From Candidatus Bathyarchaeia archaeon (lineage in GTDB: Archaea; Thermoproteota; Bathyarchaeia; TCS64), in the NCBI GenBank assembly GCA_050014495.1, contig JBEKDF010000002.1:106244-170243 (forward strand): a DNA stretch of 64,000 nucleotides, in the 5' to 3' direction. Shown in pieces: positions 39,961-50,300 of this stretch; positions within the stretch are counted from its first letter, which is position 1; the number at the start of each line of letters is the position of its first letter. The position numbers and the translations under genes are program-made. The notes beneath the pieces are model-generated. The model searched no databases, was not told the DNA's origin, and saw only the letters and a program-made list of their open reading frames with translations.

Positions 39961-41484
39961 TTATACCTTGAAGGGGGGTATGTGCCACTCCCTACCCCTC
40001 TGGGTTGTGATGTATTCAGGCCATGGCAGATCAACAGGGGGCTCCATATCGGGTGATAGGAGGGGCTTCTCAAGATACTTGGCTGTCCTCTCTTTCCATT
40101 CGTCTTTGCAGGCATTCAACCTATTGGGCTCGGTTACTAAATCAATCATCGTTCCACTGATAGCTTTCCCCGCGGTGTTGATACTCTTGTCTATGACCCC
40201 CTTCATGCCGCAGAGTGCGTATCTTGTCCAGGCGGGGAGCCTCACCCCAGGGATGCTGACGCTTGGGACATAAACCTGTATCCACACCGTTGGGCAGTGC
40301 CAGGTGAACTCGACATAGTCGTCGCTCCCGTTATGTGTTTGGTGGTTGGGGATGGGTCTCCGCCACATTCTCTCCCACTCGTCAGGTGGTGTGAGTTCCT
40401 CGTTGTATGGTTCCTGGGGCGGCTTGTAGCCTAGCTTCCACACTATCTCACGAGCCTTCTCTTTGTCGTCCTCCGAGAATTTTGGGGCTCCGATTAGCTC
40501 AAGGTTCTCGTATGCGAGGTCTGCAAGGGCCTTGTTGAAGAGCCCGGTTCGGGTCTTTGCGACCCATTTTATCCCCAGCTTACATCCAGTGACTTTCGCT
40601 ACCGACTCGGCGTTGTTGAGGAGCACCTTGTATATTTGCTCCTGTTGCAGGAGGCTAGGGCTTCTGAAGGCATAGGTGATCACCCCCACTCTCGGCGGCA
40701 GGTTGTCCGCTGTGGCCTGACCTGCGACGAGGATGGCCTCATTTATGGTCCATAGACCGGTGCGTGGGAGCATACTCTCTTTAGTGTACTTAGTGGTCGT
40801 GTACATGAGGCAGACAGCGTCCAATGCCCCTGGTGCACGAGTCTGTGAAGGGAGATCGGGGGCATAGCTCATCCAGTTCTCGGGTTCATCGCAGTCGAAT
40901 ATGAAGGCGACGCACCAATAGCTCCCCCACTGGGTCTCATACATGACCGTCGTAGAACCCCTGGGGTGCCAAGCGACAGTAGCATCGAGTCCATCAAAGT
41001 AACCCCTCGCCGCCTCATAGGGCTTGGAGATGCATATCTTCTCCCCGGGGGCACCGAATATCTTTATGGTGCCCTTGAGACCGTGCTTCTCCATCGCACG
41101 CTTAGTAGCGTGTGCACCAGCTGCGGCCGCGACGCCAAGTGCGCTGTGGGGGTCTGTGTGCCCCGCCTGCCACGGATTATCCGTTTCACGATGGGTAACG
41201 GGCTCCTGCGCGGTCTCAGGCACCGCATCGTACTCAGTGTAAGTGCTGATGATAGGTCTGCCTCTCCCCCATCTTGCGAGGTAGGCTGTGGGCATCCCAG
41301 CGATTCCCTCCTCTACCTCGAAGCCTTCATCTCGGTGCCACCTCACAAGTGCGTCGTAGCTCTTATACTCCCGCAGAGCTGGCTCAGCGTACCTCCAGAT
41401 CAACTGATGAAAATCACTGATCTTCTCCGAGTTCTCCTCGAAGTATTCGAAAGCCGTCTTCTTCTCCTTAGTCAGCTTCGCCAT
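39961..41484 (-). CDS. Divergent AbgB-like M20 amidohydrolase
   Basis: AEPALREYKS, AGMPTAY, EYDAVP, GHTDPH in place of GHGCGH, WHP, GSDD. Confidence 0.85.
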   Translation of the reverse strand: MAKLTKEKKTAFEYFEENSEKISDFHQLIWRYAEPALREYKSYDALVRWHRDEGFEVEEGIAGMPTAYLARWGRGRPIISTYTEYDAVPETAQEPVTHRETDNPWQAGHTDPHSALGVAAAAGAHATKRAMEKHGLKGTIKIFGAPGEKICISKPYEAARGYFDGLDATVAWHPRGSTTVMYETQWGSYWCVAFIFDCDEPENWMSYAPDLPSQTRAPGALDAVCLMYTTTKYTKESMLPRTGLWTINEAILVAGQATADNLPPRVGVITYAFRSPSLLQQEQIYKVLLNNAESVAKVTGCKLGIKWVAKTRTGLFNKALADLAYENLELIGAPKFSEDDKEKAREIVWKLGYKPPQEPYNEELTPPDEWERMWRRPIPNHQTHNGSDDYVEFTWHCPTVWIQVYVPSVSIPGVRLPAWTRYALCGMKGVIDKSINTAGKAISGTMIDLVTEPNRLNACKDEWKERTAKYLEKPLLSPDMEPPVDLPWPEYITTQRGREWHIPPFKV

Positions 41485-41582
41485 GATAAGTCGTAGAAAA
41501 TAAACTCCAAGTCTTTATAACATGTAGGCATACCAAGAATCTCTTGTTCCACTGGGTTGTAGAAGTAAAATAAAGGAGAGTT

Positions 41583-41954
41583 CTACTTGACCTTCTTTAT
41601 GGCTTCCTTGGTCTCTGCTGGGAAGTCACGCATAAGATTCTTGAGGACTACCTCGGCCACATACTGCTTGAACTGGGCCTCATCGAGCTTCGTGGAATAG
41701 ATGCGGCGATGTCCACCCTTACCAGTTATCTCAGTGTAGTTGAGCACTCCCTCGTCAACCATAGCATTAAGGAAGTTGATTATGGAAGCTCGACTGATAC
41801 TCCTCGTCTTAAGGGTCTTATTCACCATGCTCCAGACATCCCGAGAGCTAGCGCCCTCCCCCTTCTTCCCCCAAATGTAGTGGAGCGCCTCCTCTTGGTA
41901 GTCCTTAAGCACCATGGCAAGACCGTTTCCGGCGGTATCAATAGTTAGTGTCAA
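41583..41954 (-). CDS. BlaI/MecI/CopY-like winged-helix transcriptional regulator
   Basis: LHYIW, SSRDVW, SRASIINFLNAMVDEGVL, GGHRRIY. Confidence 0.75.
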   Translation of the reverse strand: MTLTIDTAGNGLAMVLKDYQEEALHYIWGKKGEGASSRDVWSMVNKTLKTRSISRASIINFLNAMVDEGVLNYTEITGKGGHRRIYSTKLDEAQFKQYVAEVVLKNLMRDFPAETKEAIKKVK

Positions 41955-42073
41955 TTCTTATTCACTTGCTTGACGGTAATCCGAGTATGTCCGATAATAT
42001 AAACATTAACTTTTCTTTAATTGCTCACGCCCATTAACTCGATAAGGTTTAAATATTTATGTCCCATTTTTCA

Positions 42074-42091
42074 TATGAAAAGATTTTCATA
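42074..42091. promoter_or_regulatory. Perfect 8-2-8 inverted repeat TATGAAAA-GA-TTTTCATA, probable ArsR operator
   Basis: Lies between a TATA-like TTTAAATA (42048-42055) and the arsR-family start codon. Confidence 0.7.
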
Positions 42092-42101
42092 CGTGATCTG
42101 A

Positions 42102-42419
42102 ATGAAGAAAGGACTCTCGGAGATATGCTATGGATTTTTCTCCACTCTAGCAAATCCAACTCGCCTCTCGATTCTTGAGAAACTTAGGGCCAATCCAATG
42201 AATGTCACTAGCCTCGCCGATGCCATTGGACAGGAGCAGAGCATGGTCAGCCATAACCTGAAGGCTCTCGAAAGGTGTAACCTGATTCACGGCGAGCGGA
42301 AGGGGAAGGAGAAGATTTACAGCATCAACACCGAGACCGTCGAGGGATTATTCAGGGTCGTGGAGAACCATGCAGCGAATCACTGCCCATTCCACGGATC
42401 CTGTGCGGACTCAAAGTAA
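42102..42419 (+). CDS. ArsR/SmtB family transcriptional regulator
   Basis: LANPTRLSIL, QSMVSHNLKAL, ERKGKEKIYS; C-terminal HCPFHGSC. Confidence 0.92.
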   Translation: MKKGLSEICYGFFSTLANPTRLSILEKLRANPMNVTSLADAIGQEQSMVSHNLKALERCNLIHGERKGKEKIYSINTETVEGLFRVVENHAANHCPFHGSCADSK

Positions 42420-42433
42420 AGAGTGAATAAACT

Positions 42434-44092
42434 ATGCATGAATCTAATGCTGAGATAGTGAAAGCCCCCGAGTTCCCAATGTTCTGTTTCCAGTGCGAGC
42501 AGACGGCTCAGGGGAGAGCATGTACCCAGATTGGTGTATGCGGTAAGAATCCGGAAGTGGCGGCCCTGCAGGACCTCCTAATTTACTCCCTTAAGGGATT
42601 GTCAATAGTAGCCTCCGAGGGGCGTAAGAGGGGCATATACGACAGGGAGATCGATAGGTTCGTCTGTGAGGCCGCATTCTCCACTCTTACAAACGTTAAC
42701 TTTGACCCCGAGAGAATCGCGGGTCTCGTAAGGAAGACTATTACCTACCGAGATAGATTGAACAAGCTTGTTAAGGTGAAACTTCCGGACGAAGTGGTGA
42801 ATTTTGTCCCATCCGACGACATAGTTGAGATGGTGGAACAGGGAGAGAAGGTCGGTATCAAGGCGGAGCCGGACGCGGGCAGTGATGTCCATAGCCTGCG
42901 TTGGACGCTCATCTACGGGCTTAAGGGTATATGCGCCTACGCTGATCACGCCGCCATACTCGGGAAGGAGGATGAGGGTCTATATGCCTTCATTGAGAGA
43001 GGCTTTGCAGCAGCGGCCAACTCTTCACTGGGGTTAAACGATTACCTTGGCCTTGTCATGGAAACTGGGAAGATGAACCTCCGTGCAATGGAGTTGCTCG
43101 ATGCCGCTAATACAGGTGTGTATGGCAATCCCGTTCCCACCACCGTGCCTCTCGGCCATAAGAAGGGCAAGGCGATCCTAGTGTCAGGGCACGACTTGAG
43201 GGACTTGGAGCTCTTGCTCCAGCAGACGGAGGGGAAGGGCGTCTATGTCTACACTCACAGCGAGATGCTGCCCACTCATGGTTATCCGAATCTGAAGAAG
43301 TACAAACACTTCTACGGTCACTATGGCACTGCTTGGCAGAACCAGATAAAGGAGTTTTACACGTTCCCAGGCGCTATTCTCATGACGACGAACTGCATTC
43401 AGCGCCCAGCCCCTGCATACAGCGCCAACATATTCACAACGGGGTTAGTTGGATGGCCCGGCGTCACTCACATCGCTGATAAGAACTTCACACCCGTAAT
43501 CAAGAGGGCCCTCGAGCTTCAAGGCTTCCAGGAGGATAAGGAAGCGGGAACTGTGACTGTGGGCTTTGGACACGAGGCCGTCATGAGTGTCGCCCCCAAG
43601 ATCATAGAGCTGATAAAGGCCAAGAAAATTAGACACTTCTTCCTCGTCGCGGGCTGCGACGGAGCAAAGCTGGGGCGTAACTATTACACTGAGTTCGTTG
43701 AGAAGGTTCCCAAGGACTGCGTGGTCCTAACCCTCGCATGCGGTAAGTTCAGATTCTTCGACAAGGATCTCGGCAGTATCGACGGGATACCGAGGCTCCT
43801 CGACATAGGGCAGTGTAATGATGCCTACTCCGCGATCCAGATCGCGATTGCTTTGAGCAAAGCCTTCGGCGTCGGCGTCAATGATCTCCCTCTTAGCATG
43901 ATCCTCAGTTGGTATGAGCAGAAGGCGGTGGCGATCCTCTTGACACTTCTGAGTCTAGGAATAAGGAACATACGTCTTGGACCAAGCCTCCCCGCATTCC
44001 TCACACCGAACGTCCTCAAGGTGCTTGTGGACAATTACAACATCATGCCCATCTCTACCCCAGACGCTGACTTGAAGGCCATCCTCGGATAG
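42434..44092 (+). CDS. hcp: Hybrid cluster protein (hydroxylamine reductase), full-length class I type
   Basis: C-X2-C-X8-C-X5-C N-terminal motif, SGHD, THSEMLP, GCDG, LACGK, GQCND, WYEQKA. Confidence 0.97.
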   Translation: MHESNAEIVKAPEFPMFCFQCEQTAQGRACTQIGVCGKNPEVAALQDLLIYSLKGLSIVASEGRKRGIYDREIDRFVCEAAFSTLTNVNFDPERIAGLVRKTITYRDRLNKLVKVKLPDEVVNFVPSDDIVEMVEQGEKVGIKAEPDAGSDVHSLRWTLIYGLKGICAYADHAAILGKEDEGLYAFIERGFAAAANSSLGLNDYLGLVMETGKMNLRAMELLDAANTGVYGNPVPTTVPLGHKKGKAILVSGHDLRDLELLLQQTEGKGVYVYTHSEMLPTHGYPNLKKYKHFYGHYGTAWQNQIKEFYTFPGAILMTTNCIQRPAPAYSANIFTTGLVGWPGVTHIADKNFTPVIKRALELQGFQEDKEAGTVTVGFGHEAVMSVAPKIIELIKAKKIRHFFLVAGCDGAKLGRNYYTEFVEKVPKDCVVLTLACGKFRFFDKDLGSIDGIPRLLDIGQCNDAYSAIQIAIALSKAFGVGVNDLPLSMILSWYEQKAVAILLTLLSLGIRNIRLGPSLPAFLTPNVLKVLVDNYNIMPISTPDADLKAILG

Positions 44093-44178
44093 ACTTAGAT
44101 AATAATACTTAATCAAACGGAACCCGTGAAAGCACTCTAGCGTTTATCTTTCACGCTTCACTTTTCCAGACGATTCAG

Positions 44179-44628
44179 ATGACTGAGATAAAGGTGGGGG
44201 GTGTAGTCCCTGACTTCACCTTGCCTGATCAGGATGGTAAGCCGTTGACGCTCTCCTCCTTCAGGGGGAAGGTCGTCGTCCTCTATTTCTACCCTAAGGA
44301 CTTCACATCGGGATGCACAAAGGAGGCATGCCACTTCAGGGACGCTTATGAGGACTTCACCGAAGCGGGGGCTGTGGTCATCGGCGTTAGTGGAGATAGC
44401 CCGGAGTCCCACAGAAGGTTCAGGGACACTAACCTACTCCCATTCTCCTTGCTAAGTGACCAGAAAGGAGAGGTTAAGAAGCTGTACGGGGTCTCTGGCC
44501 ATTTGCTCCCAGCGAGGATCACCTTCGTCATCGATAAGGCTGGCGTGGTCCGCAATGTATTCAGCTCAAAAATAGATATGAAAGCCCACGTCGACGAGGC
44601 GATGAAGACCCTGAAGACGCTGAGCTAG
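44179..44628 (+). CDS. bcp: Peroxiredoxin, BCP/PrxQ family
   Basis: [16 protein letters not shown]. Confidence 0.95.
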   Translation: MTEIKVGGVVPDFTLPDQDGKPLTLSSFRGKVVVLYFYPKDFTSGCTKEACHFRDAYEDFTEAGAVVIGVSGDSPESHRRFRDTNLLPFSLLSDQKGEVKKLYGVSGHLLPARITFVIDKAGVVRNVFSSKIDMKAHVDEAMKTLKTLS

Positions 44629-45050
44629 GTATCAAAAACTACCCTGACGACCCATTCGCCAACCTTATTCTCAATGCTCATCATATGGTATGTTACAGCC
44701 TTTACCGCTATGCCAACCTCATGGGTCGCGGCGGAGAAGCGTTCCCCCCACCCTTCAGCCCTTGCCCTCAGGCTCTTCTCGTCTATCTCAACACTTAGCC
44801 TCTTCGCGGTTAGCCCCTCGGAATCGTTACGGTAGAGCAACTCGTCTAAGAGGTTGAAGATGAGGCTCTGAAGGTCAATACCCCCCACCTCTACCGAGTA
44901 GATTTCCTTCTCTCTTATCCCTTCGAGGGGGGTGATAGCGTTTAGCATCCCTAGAGCCACGTTTGCCACGGCCTCGGATAGGGTCTTTCCCCTCCCTTCG
45001 ACCAATAGATCTCCGGGCGGACCCCCTGGCGGATAGCTGTATCCAGACAT
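44625..45050 (-). CDS. Archease
   Basis: LLDELLY, VKAVTYH, C-terminal VVFDT; atypical N-terminus. Confidence 0.88.
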   Translation of the reverse strand: MSGYSYPPGGPPGDLLVEGRGKTLSEAVANVALGMLNAITPLEGIREKEIYSVEVGGIDLQSLIFNLLDELLYRNDSEGLTAKRLSVEIDEKSLRARAEGWGERFSAATHEVGIAVKAVTYHMMSIENKVGEWVVRVVFDT

Positions 45051-45051
45051 T

Positions 45052-46608
45052 TTACTCCCACTCTATGGTGCTCGGAGGCTTGTTGGTGATGTCGTAGACG
45101 ACTCGGGTGACCTGGGGAATGCTGTTGGTTATGCCATTGCTTATTCGTTCAAGGAGATCCCATGGTACGCGTGTGAAGTTGGCGGTCATGGCGTCGACGC
45201 TATCTACGACTCGGACCGCGATAGTCCACCCGTAGGCTCGCTCATCCCCTTTCACACCCGTGCTCTTCGTGTCGGTGAGGACAGCGAAGTACTGCCACGG
45301 GAGGCCCGCTATCTCGGACCCCTCTACCTCCCTCGTCACGACAGCGTCTGCTCTGCGTAGGGCCTCAGCCTTCTCCTCCGTAACCTCCCCCACTATACGG
45401 ACAGCGAGCCCCGGGCCAGGGAATGGCTGTCGCCAGACGAGCTCCCTCGGGAGACCGAGCTTCGCACCTAGAACCCTAACCTCGTCCTTATAGAGGTCCT
45501 TAAGTGGCTCAACTATCCCTTTAAACTCCATATGCAGGGGGAGACCGCCGACGTTGTGGTGAGTCTTAATTGTGTCAGCGTGGCGAGTTATCCCCGACTC
45601 GATTCTATCGGGATAGATAGTGCCTTGAACGAGAAACTCAGCGCCAAAATCACGGGCCTCCTCCTCGAAGACCCTGATGAACTCCTCCCCTATGATCTTC
45701 CTCTTTGTCTCCGGGTCGACGACGCCCTTAAGCCTATTGAAGAACCTGTCCTTCGCATCGACGATCTTCACATTGACACCTATGCGCTCCATCGCCTCCT
45801 TAACCTGCTCGGATTCGCCCATGCGCATGAGACCGTGGTCAACATGGACTGCAATTATGCGGTCGCCTAGGGCTCTCCCAACGATGGCCGCAGCGACGCT
45901 TGAGTCTACACCACCACTTAGGGCTATGACTGCCTTCCCGCCTCCGACTTGGGCCTTAACAGTCTTTATACCCTCCTCAACCGCATCCGTGGGATGCCAG
46001 TTGGGCTTGCATTTGCAAATGTCGAAGACGAAATTGTGTAGCATACGGTCTCCATGGACCGTGTGTTTGACCTCAGGGTGCCACTGCAGGCCATATATTC
46101 CTTTCTCAGGGTTACTGAAGGCTGCGACAGGAGCGGAGTCAGTGTGCGCTAGTACCCTGAAGCAGCTTGGCATGCTATAAACTGTGTCGCCGTGGCTCAT
46201 CCAAACGGGTTCCTCGATCTCCATTCCTTCAAGTATCCCCTCTGCCCTCTCTATGTAAGCGGTCCTTGAACCATACTCCTTGACCTCCCCCTTCCGAACA
46301 TCGCCCCTGTGAATCTGGGCAAGGAGCTGATGACCGTAGCAGAGGCCGAGGACAGGGACACCGAGGTCAAGAATCCTCTCATCCAGCCTCAGTGAGTCCC
46401 TAGCGTTTACGCTGCTGGGGCTCCCGGAGAGAATGATCCCCTTAACACTCATCACTTTATTCAGGCCCTTGACATCCTCAACATTTGCGTCGCTGGGCAG
46501 AATCTCTGAGTAGACACTCATTTCCCTGACTCTTCGGGCGATAAGGTGACAATACTGGCCACCGAAATCGAAGATCACGATCCCGTCTGGAAGCAGATCG
46601 GGGGACAT
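45052..46608 (-). CDS. guaA: GMP synthase (glutamine-hydrolyzing), fused GATase and ATPPase domains
   Basis: DFGGQY, GLCYGHQ, QWHPEV, SGGVDS, QPFPGPG, KPPSTIEWE. Confidence 0.97.
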   Translation of the reverse strand: MSPDLLPDGIVIFDFGGQYCHLIARRVREMSVYSEILPSDANVEDVKGLNKVMSVKGIILSGSPSSVNARDSLRLDERILDLGVPVLGLCYGHQLLAQIHRGDVRKGEVKEYGSRTAYIERAEGILEGMEIEEPVWMSHGDTVYSMPSCFRVLAHTDSAPVAAFSNPEKGIYGLQWHPEVKHTVHGDRMLHNFVFDICKCKPNWHPTDAVEEGIKTVKAQVGGGKAVIALSGGVDSSVAAAIVGRALGDRIIAVHVDHGLMRMGESEQVKEAMERIGVNVKIVDAKDRFFNRLKGVVDPETKRKIIGEEFIRVFEEEARDFGAEFLVQGTIYPDRIESGITRHADTIKTHHNVGGLPLHMEFKGIVEPLKDLYKDEVRVLGAKLGLPRELVWRQPFPGPGLAVRIVGEVTEEKAEALRRADAVVTREVEGSEIAGLPWQYFAVLTDTKSTGVKGDERAYGWTIAVRVVDSVDAMTANFTRVPWDLLERISNGITNSIPQVTRVVYDITNKPPSTIEWE

Positions 46609-46671
46609 TGATCAACACAACCCCAATGTCTCTATATGGGTTTTGTTGCACTGATTTGCAAGAAGCGCTAG

Positions 46672-47496
46672 TTACTTCGCGTACGCCTCTACAAGGTCCC
46701 TCGCCGTGATGATGCCGACCAGCTCCTCTTCCTCCACTAGTGGGAGCCTCCGGATGTGCTTATCCGCCATGATGTAGGCTGCCTCATAAACACTGATCCA
46801 GGCCGGGGCGACGATTAGAGGTGTGGACGCGTAGTTTTTCACCGAGGCTTCGAGGGATTTTCCCTCCTTTAGGAAAGTTGTTAGGAGGTCCCGCTCAGTA
46901 AATATACCCTTAGGCTTACCACCCGAAGAGACGATGACACTTCCGATCCTTTCTTTTCCCATCGTGACAGCGATATCTGCTACAGACGCTTCCTCGTCCA
47001 CAGTTATTACATCTGGCGTCATGTAATCTTCAACTTTAACCAGCGTCTCAGGCACATCGGGCAGACTCCGAATGAAGTCAGAGGCCGATACTATTCCCAC
47101 AAGCTTCTCCTTCTCCATTACGCCGAGTCTACCCTTCCTCTTCATCATGATTCTTGCCGCATCCTTGATGGGAGCATCGGATCCTATAGTAAGCAGTGGC
47201 CATGACATCGCGGCACCGACCTTCGACTTCGCAGGATCCCTCCTTATGGCGAGGATACCACTGAGCAGGTCCCTCTCGGTCACGATCCCCTTCGGTATAG
47301 TGTCCTGTACAACGACGAGGCTCCCGATGTGCTTCTCACCCATAATGAGTGCCGCATCAGCCATTGTCTTATCCTCTGTGATTGTGATGACCCTGGGTGT
47401 CATTATGTCTCTTACAAGGCGGAATTTCTTCATCTGCTCGTACGCCCTATCATAGATTCCCGGGAACTCTCTCCTCAGGTCCTTGGGGTACTCCAA
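46672..47496 (-). CDS. CBS domain protein (two CBS pairs)
   Basis: Repeated GIVTERD / GIVSASD / GIFTERD / GIITARD. Confidence 0.92.
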   Translation of the reverse strand: MEYPKDLRREFPGIYDRAYEQMKKFRLVRDIMTPRVITITEDKTMADAALIMGEKHIGSLVVVQDTIPKGIVTERDLLSGILAIRRDPAKSKVGAAMSWPLLTIGSDAPIKDAARIMMKRKGRLGVMEKEKLVGIVSASDFIRSLPDVPETLVKVEDYMTPDVITVDEEASVADIAVTMGKERIGSVIVSSGGKPKGIFTERDLLTTFLKEGKSLEASVKNYASTPLIVAPAWISVYEAAYIMADKHIRRLPLVEEEELVGIITARDLVEAYAK

Positions 47497-47588
47497 TCAC
47501 ATCACCAAATAAGCCTCTGAATCTGTGTTGATATCTGTAACGGTCAGCTATAATATCGGCCAATAGTGGGATTAGGTCTTTAACAGAG

Positions 47589-48839
47589 GTGGGTTGTGGT
47601 CTTACCATGAAGTACATCAATGTACCAGCATGGGAGTGGTACGGATGGAAACCTGAGCGCCTCTCCTTCCCCGAGGACTGGGACGTCAGTGTCCAGAAGA
47701 TGAAGGGACATGACGCCAAGGCCCTGAACCAAGAAAAGATCAAAGATAAGATAATTCATCCATTCGGCACGAAACCCCTTAGCGAACTCGCCAGGGGAAA
47801 GAGAAAATGCATCATCCTATTCGACGATATGACCCGCCCAACGAAGACGACTCAGATGCTCCCAGTCGTCCTCGATGAGCTTCATCAGGGTGGCTTATCC
47901 GACGAACAGATTGTCTTCATGATGGCCTCTGGTGCTCACACTGGACGAATGCTCTTCGACTTCCAGAAGAAACTCGGAGAAGACATATGTGCTAGACACC
48001 TCGTCTTCAACCACAATCCCTACGATAGCTTCGTAGACCTCGGTAAGACGAGCTGGGGAACACCCATACTCATCAACAAGGAGGTCATGAGTTGCGACCT
48101 CAAAGTTGCGGTCAGCAGCATCATGCCCCATTTTGGCTTTGGCTTCGGCGGTGGAAGCAAGATGATCCTCCCCGGCGTCTCCGCGGTTGAGTCAATAAGC
48201 CCCAATCATGCTATAAAGAAGGGCACAGACCCTGGGAGGGTGAACAGTAACGAGCGACGCCTCGACTCCGAGGAGGCAGCAAGAAAGGTTGGCGTTGACT
48301 TCGTCGTCCACTCCCTACTCAACGCTGCTTCTGATGTTTGTGACCTAGTCTCAGGGGACATAATAGTCGCACATAGGGAGGGAGTCAGGCGCGCACGCGC
48401 CCATTATGTCACAAAGGTCGTTCCTGACGCTGATGTGAGCATAGGAAACACCTACCCCATGGCCAACGAAGGCTACAAGTCCTATCATATAGCCCTAGAG
48501 TCCGTCAGGAAGGGTGGTGATCTCGTCTATCTCCTTTACACTCCAGAGGGGTGTCGTGTCCACTTCTACAATGGTCGCTTCGGAACCGATTACGGAGGCG
48601 AGGGATGGAACCCGGAGGTCTACACAAAGAAGCCATGGAAGATGGGACGCGTTATCTGCGTCAGCCCGAGTGGATTAATGAAAGCGGATGAGCAATACTA
48701 CGGCGAGGGATCAAAGTGGGTGAGAAAGTGGAGTGAGGCCAGGAGGCTCATGGAAGAGGCTCACGGCTCAAGCGCGAAAGTAGCCATCTATCCCACCGCC
48801 TCCATGCAGATTAGTGAAAAGAACGCTGGCTACGATTAG
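47589..48839 (+). CDS. LarA (lactate racemase) superfamily protein; probable start 47607
   Basis: DDMTRPT, GAH, NHN, PHFGFGFGGGSKMILPG, NH motifs of the LarA N-terminal domain. Confidence 0.85.
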   Translation: MGCGLTMKYINVPAWEWYGWKPERLSFPEDWDVSVQKMKGHDAKALNQEKIKDKIIHPFGTKPLSELARGKRKCIILFDDMTRPTKTTQMLPVVLDELHQGGLSDEQIVFMMASGAHTGRMLFDFQKKLGEDICARHLVFNHNPYDSFVDLGKTSWGTPILINKEVMSCDLKVAVSSIMPHFGFGFGGGSKMILPGVSAVESISPNHAIKKGTDPGRVNSNERRLDSEEAARKVGVDFVVHSLLNAASDVCDLVSGDIIVAHREGVRRARAHYVTKVVPDADVSIGNTYPMANEGYKSYHIALESVRKGGDLVYLLYTPEGCRVHFYNGRFGTDYGGEGWNPEVYTKKPWKMGRVICVSPSGLMKADEQYYGEGSKWVRKWSEARRLMEEAHGSSAKVAIYPTASMQISEKNAGYD

Positions 48840-48995
48840 CAAAATAGTTCGCTAAATATCAGATAGAGATCAAACACGTCAGCAAACCATTAAAACGACT
48901 ATTTCTCATGACACCGATAAATGTGACCAAGTCACCTAATCTTAAACTTCAAATTCCACCGAACCAATCGATCTAATGCCCTTATCGGTGATTCT

Positions 48996-49415
48996 ATGAG
49001 CGGAATAATTCTAGTCCGAGACATCATGGCGAAGAACGTCAAGACTGTCCGCACCGACGATAGCGTCCACGACGCCGTCGTTAAGATGAACAAATTCGAC
49101 GTGGGAAGCGTAATAGTCACAAACAACAACCGCCCTGTAGGCATAATCACGAGTAAAAATATCCTAAGTAGGGTTGTCGAACCTCGCCTCGACGCCGGCA
49201 CAGTCAGAGCCAAGGACATAATGAACAGCCCCCTTATCACCATCGAGCCGGACGCTTCGCTAGAGGATGCGGCAAAAATCATGTCCCAGAGGAGAATCAA
49301 GAAACTCGTTGTCATGGATAAGGACAAGATACTCGGCATCCTGAGTACAAGCGATATAGTCAGAGCAAACCCCACACAATTAGGCATCCTCCAGGAGCTC
49401 CTCAAGATCAGCTGA
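48996..49415 (+). CDS. CBS domain protein
   Basis: VRDIM, VGIIT, LGILSTSDI. Confidence 0.92.
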   Translation: MSGIILVRDIMAKNVKTVRTDDSVHDAVVKMNKFDVGSVIVTNNNRPVGIITSKNILSRVVEPRLDAGTVRAKDIMNSPLITIEPDASLEDAAKIMSQRRIKKLVVMDKDKILGILSTSDIVRANPTQLGILQELLKIS

Positions 49416-49496
49416 GACGGGGTTTCAACACCTCTTACGCCGTCGCTTCACTCGCACCCGTTAAACCTTTTACGTGTATGAGATGAGGTTACTCCG

Positions 49497-50048
49497 GTGT
49501 TTATGACCACAAGAATGAAGGACCCATGGGAGCGTCCAGCAACCAAACCAACGGATTATCACTGCGTGGAGGCACGTAGAGGAAGAGAGTTCATAATCAG
49601 GATGACGACGGGAACCGACGTCTACAAAGCTCTCCAGCAGTTCGCTAAGGACAAGAATATAAGATTCGGAAAAATACACGCCGCCTTCATGGGAGGCTTC
49701 GCTCCCGCCAAGATGTTCATGTGGACACCTGACACGAGGGACCGTTCAAATTGGCACAACGAGACAGCGGCCAGCTTCGAGAACCTCAGCATGCTCATCA
49801 GCATGAACGGTATGATTCACACCCGCATAGTCGACGGCAAACCCGAACCATTCCCGGCCATTCACTATTGTGTTGGTGGCGCATGGGACGTGCCGACGGT
49901 CGGAGGCCATCTCGTTGAGGGGTCGATTGTGAGGGGCGTGGTCGAGGTCTTTGTAACCGAGATACTGGGAATAGAGGAGATGCTTCCCTCTAACTACGAT
50001 CCAGCAGTGGATGGAGCTCCAGAAGAGTGGTATAAAGAAATAAAATAG
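49497..50048 (+). CDS. PPC/DUF296 domain protein
   Basis: FIIRMTTGTDV, SMNGMI, GGHLVEG. Confidence 0.8.
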   Translation: MFMTTRMKDPWERPATKPTDYHCVEARRGREFIIRMTTGTDVYKALQQFAKDKNIRFGKIHAAFMGGFAPAKMFMWTPDTRDRSNWHNETAASFENLSMLISMNGMIHTRIVDGKPEPFPAIHYCVGGAWDVPTVGGHLVEGSIVRGVVEVFVTEILGIEEMLPSNYDPAVDGAPEEWYKEIK

Positions 50049-50300
50049 ATCTAATCCCGTTTTTTTATTTAACTAAACAGTCATTTTATGTATCAATACA
50101 TTGATAGTTTTTGACATATTTTTTACAATGTTTTAAATACTTTCAAAATATTAAACGTATATAAATTATTTGTATAGTAATTATCAAAAACAATATTAAT
50201 CCCATTGCTTATTTACGCGTTTAAATTTAAGAATACCATTTCTTTAGGCTACAGAAGGGTTTCAGGTGCTGAGGGAAATCCCTCCATATTGGTGAACAAG

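Noticed and set aside
45052..46608. Fused GuaA as a novelty or sign of horizontal transfer
   Set aside because: Many archaea split the enzyme, but fused forms are known in archaea and nothing in the flanks indicates recent transfer.
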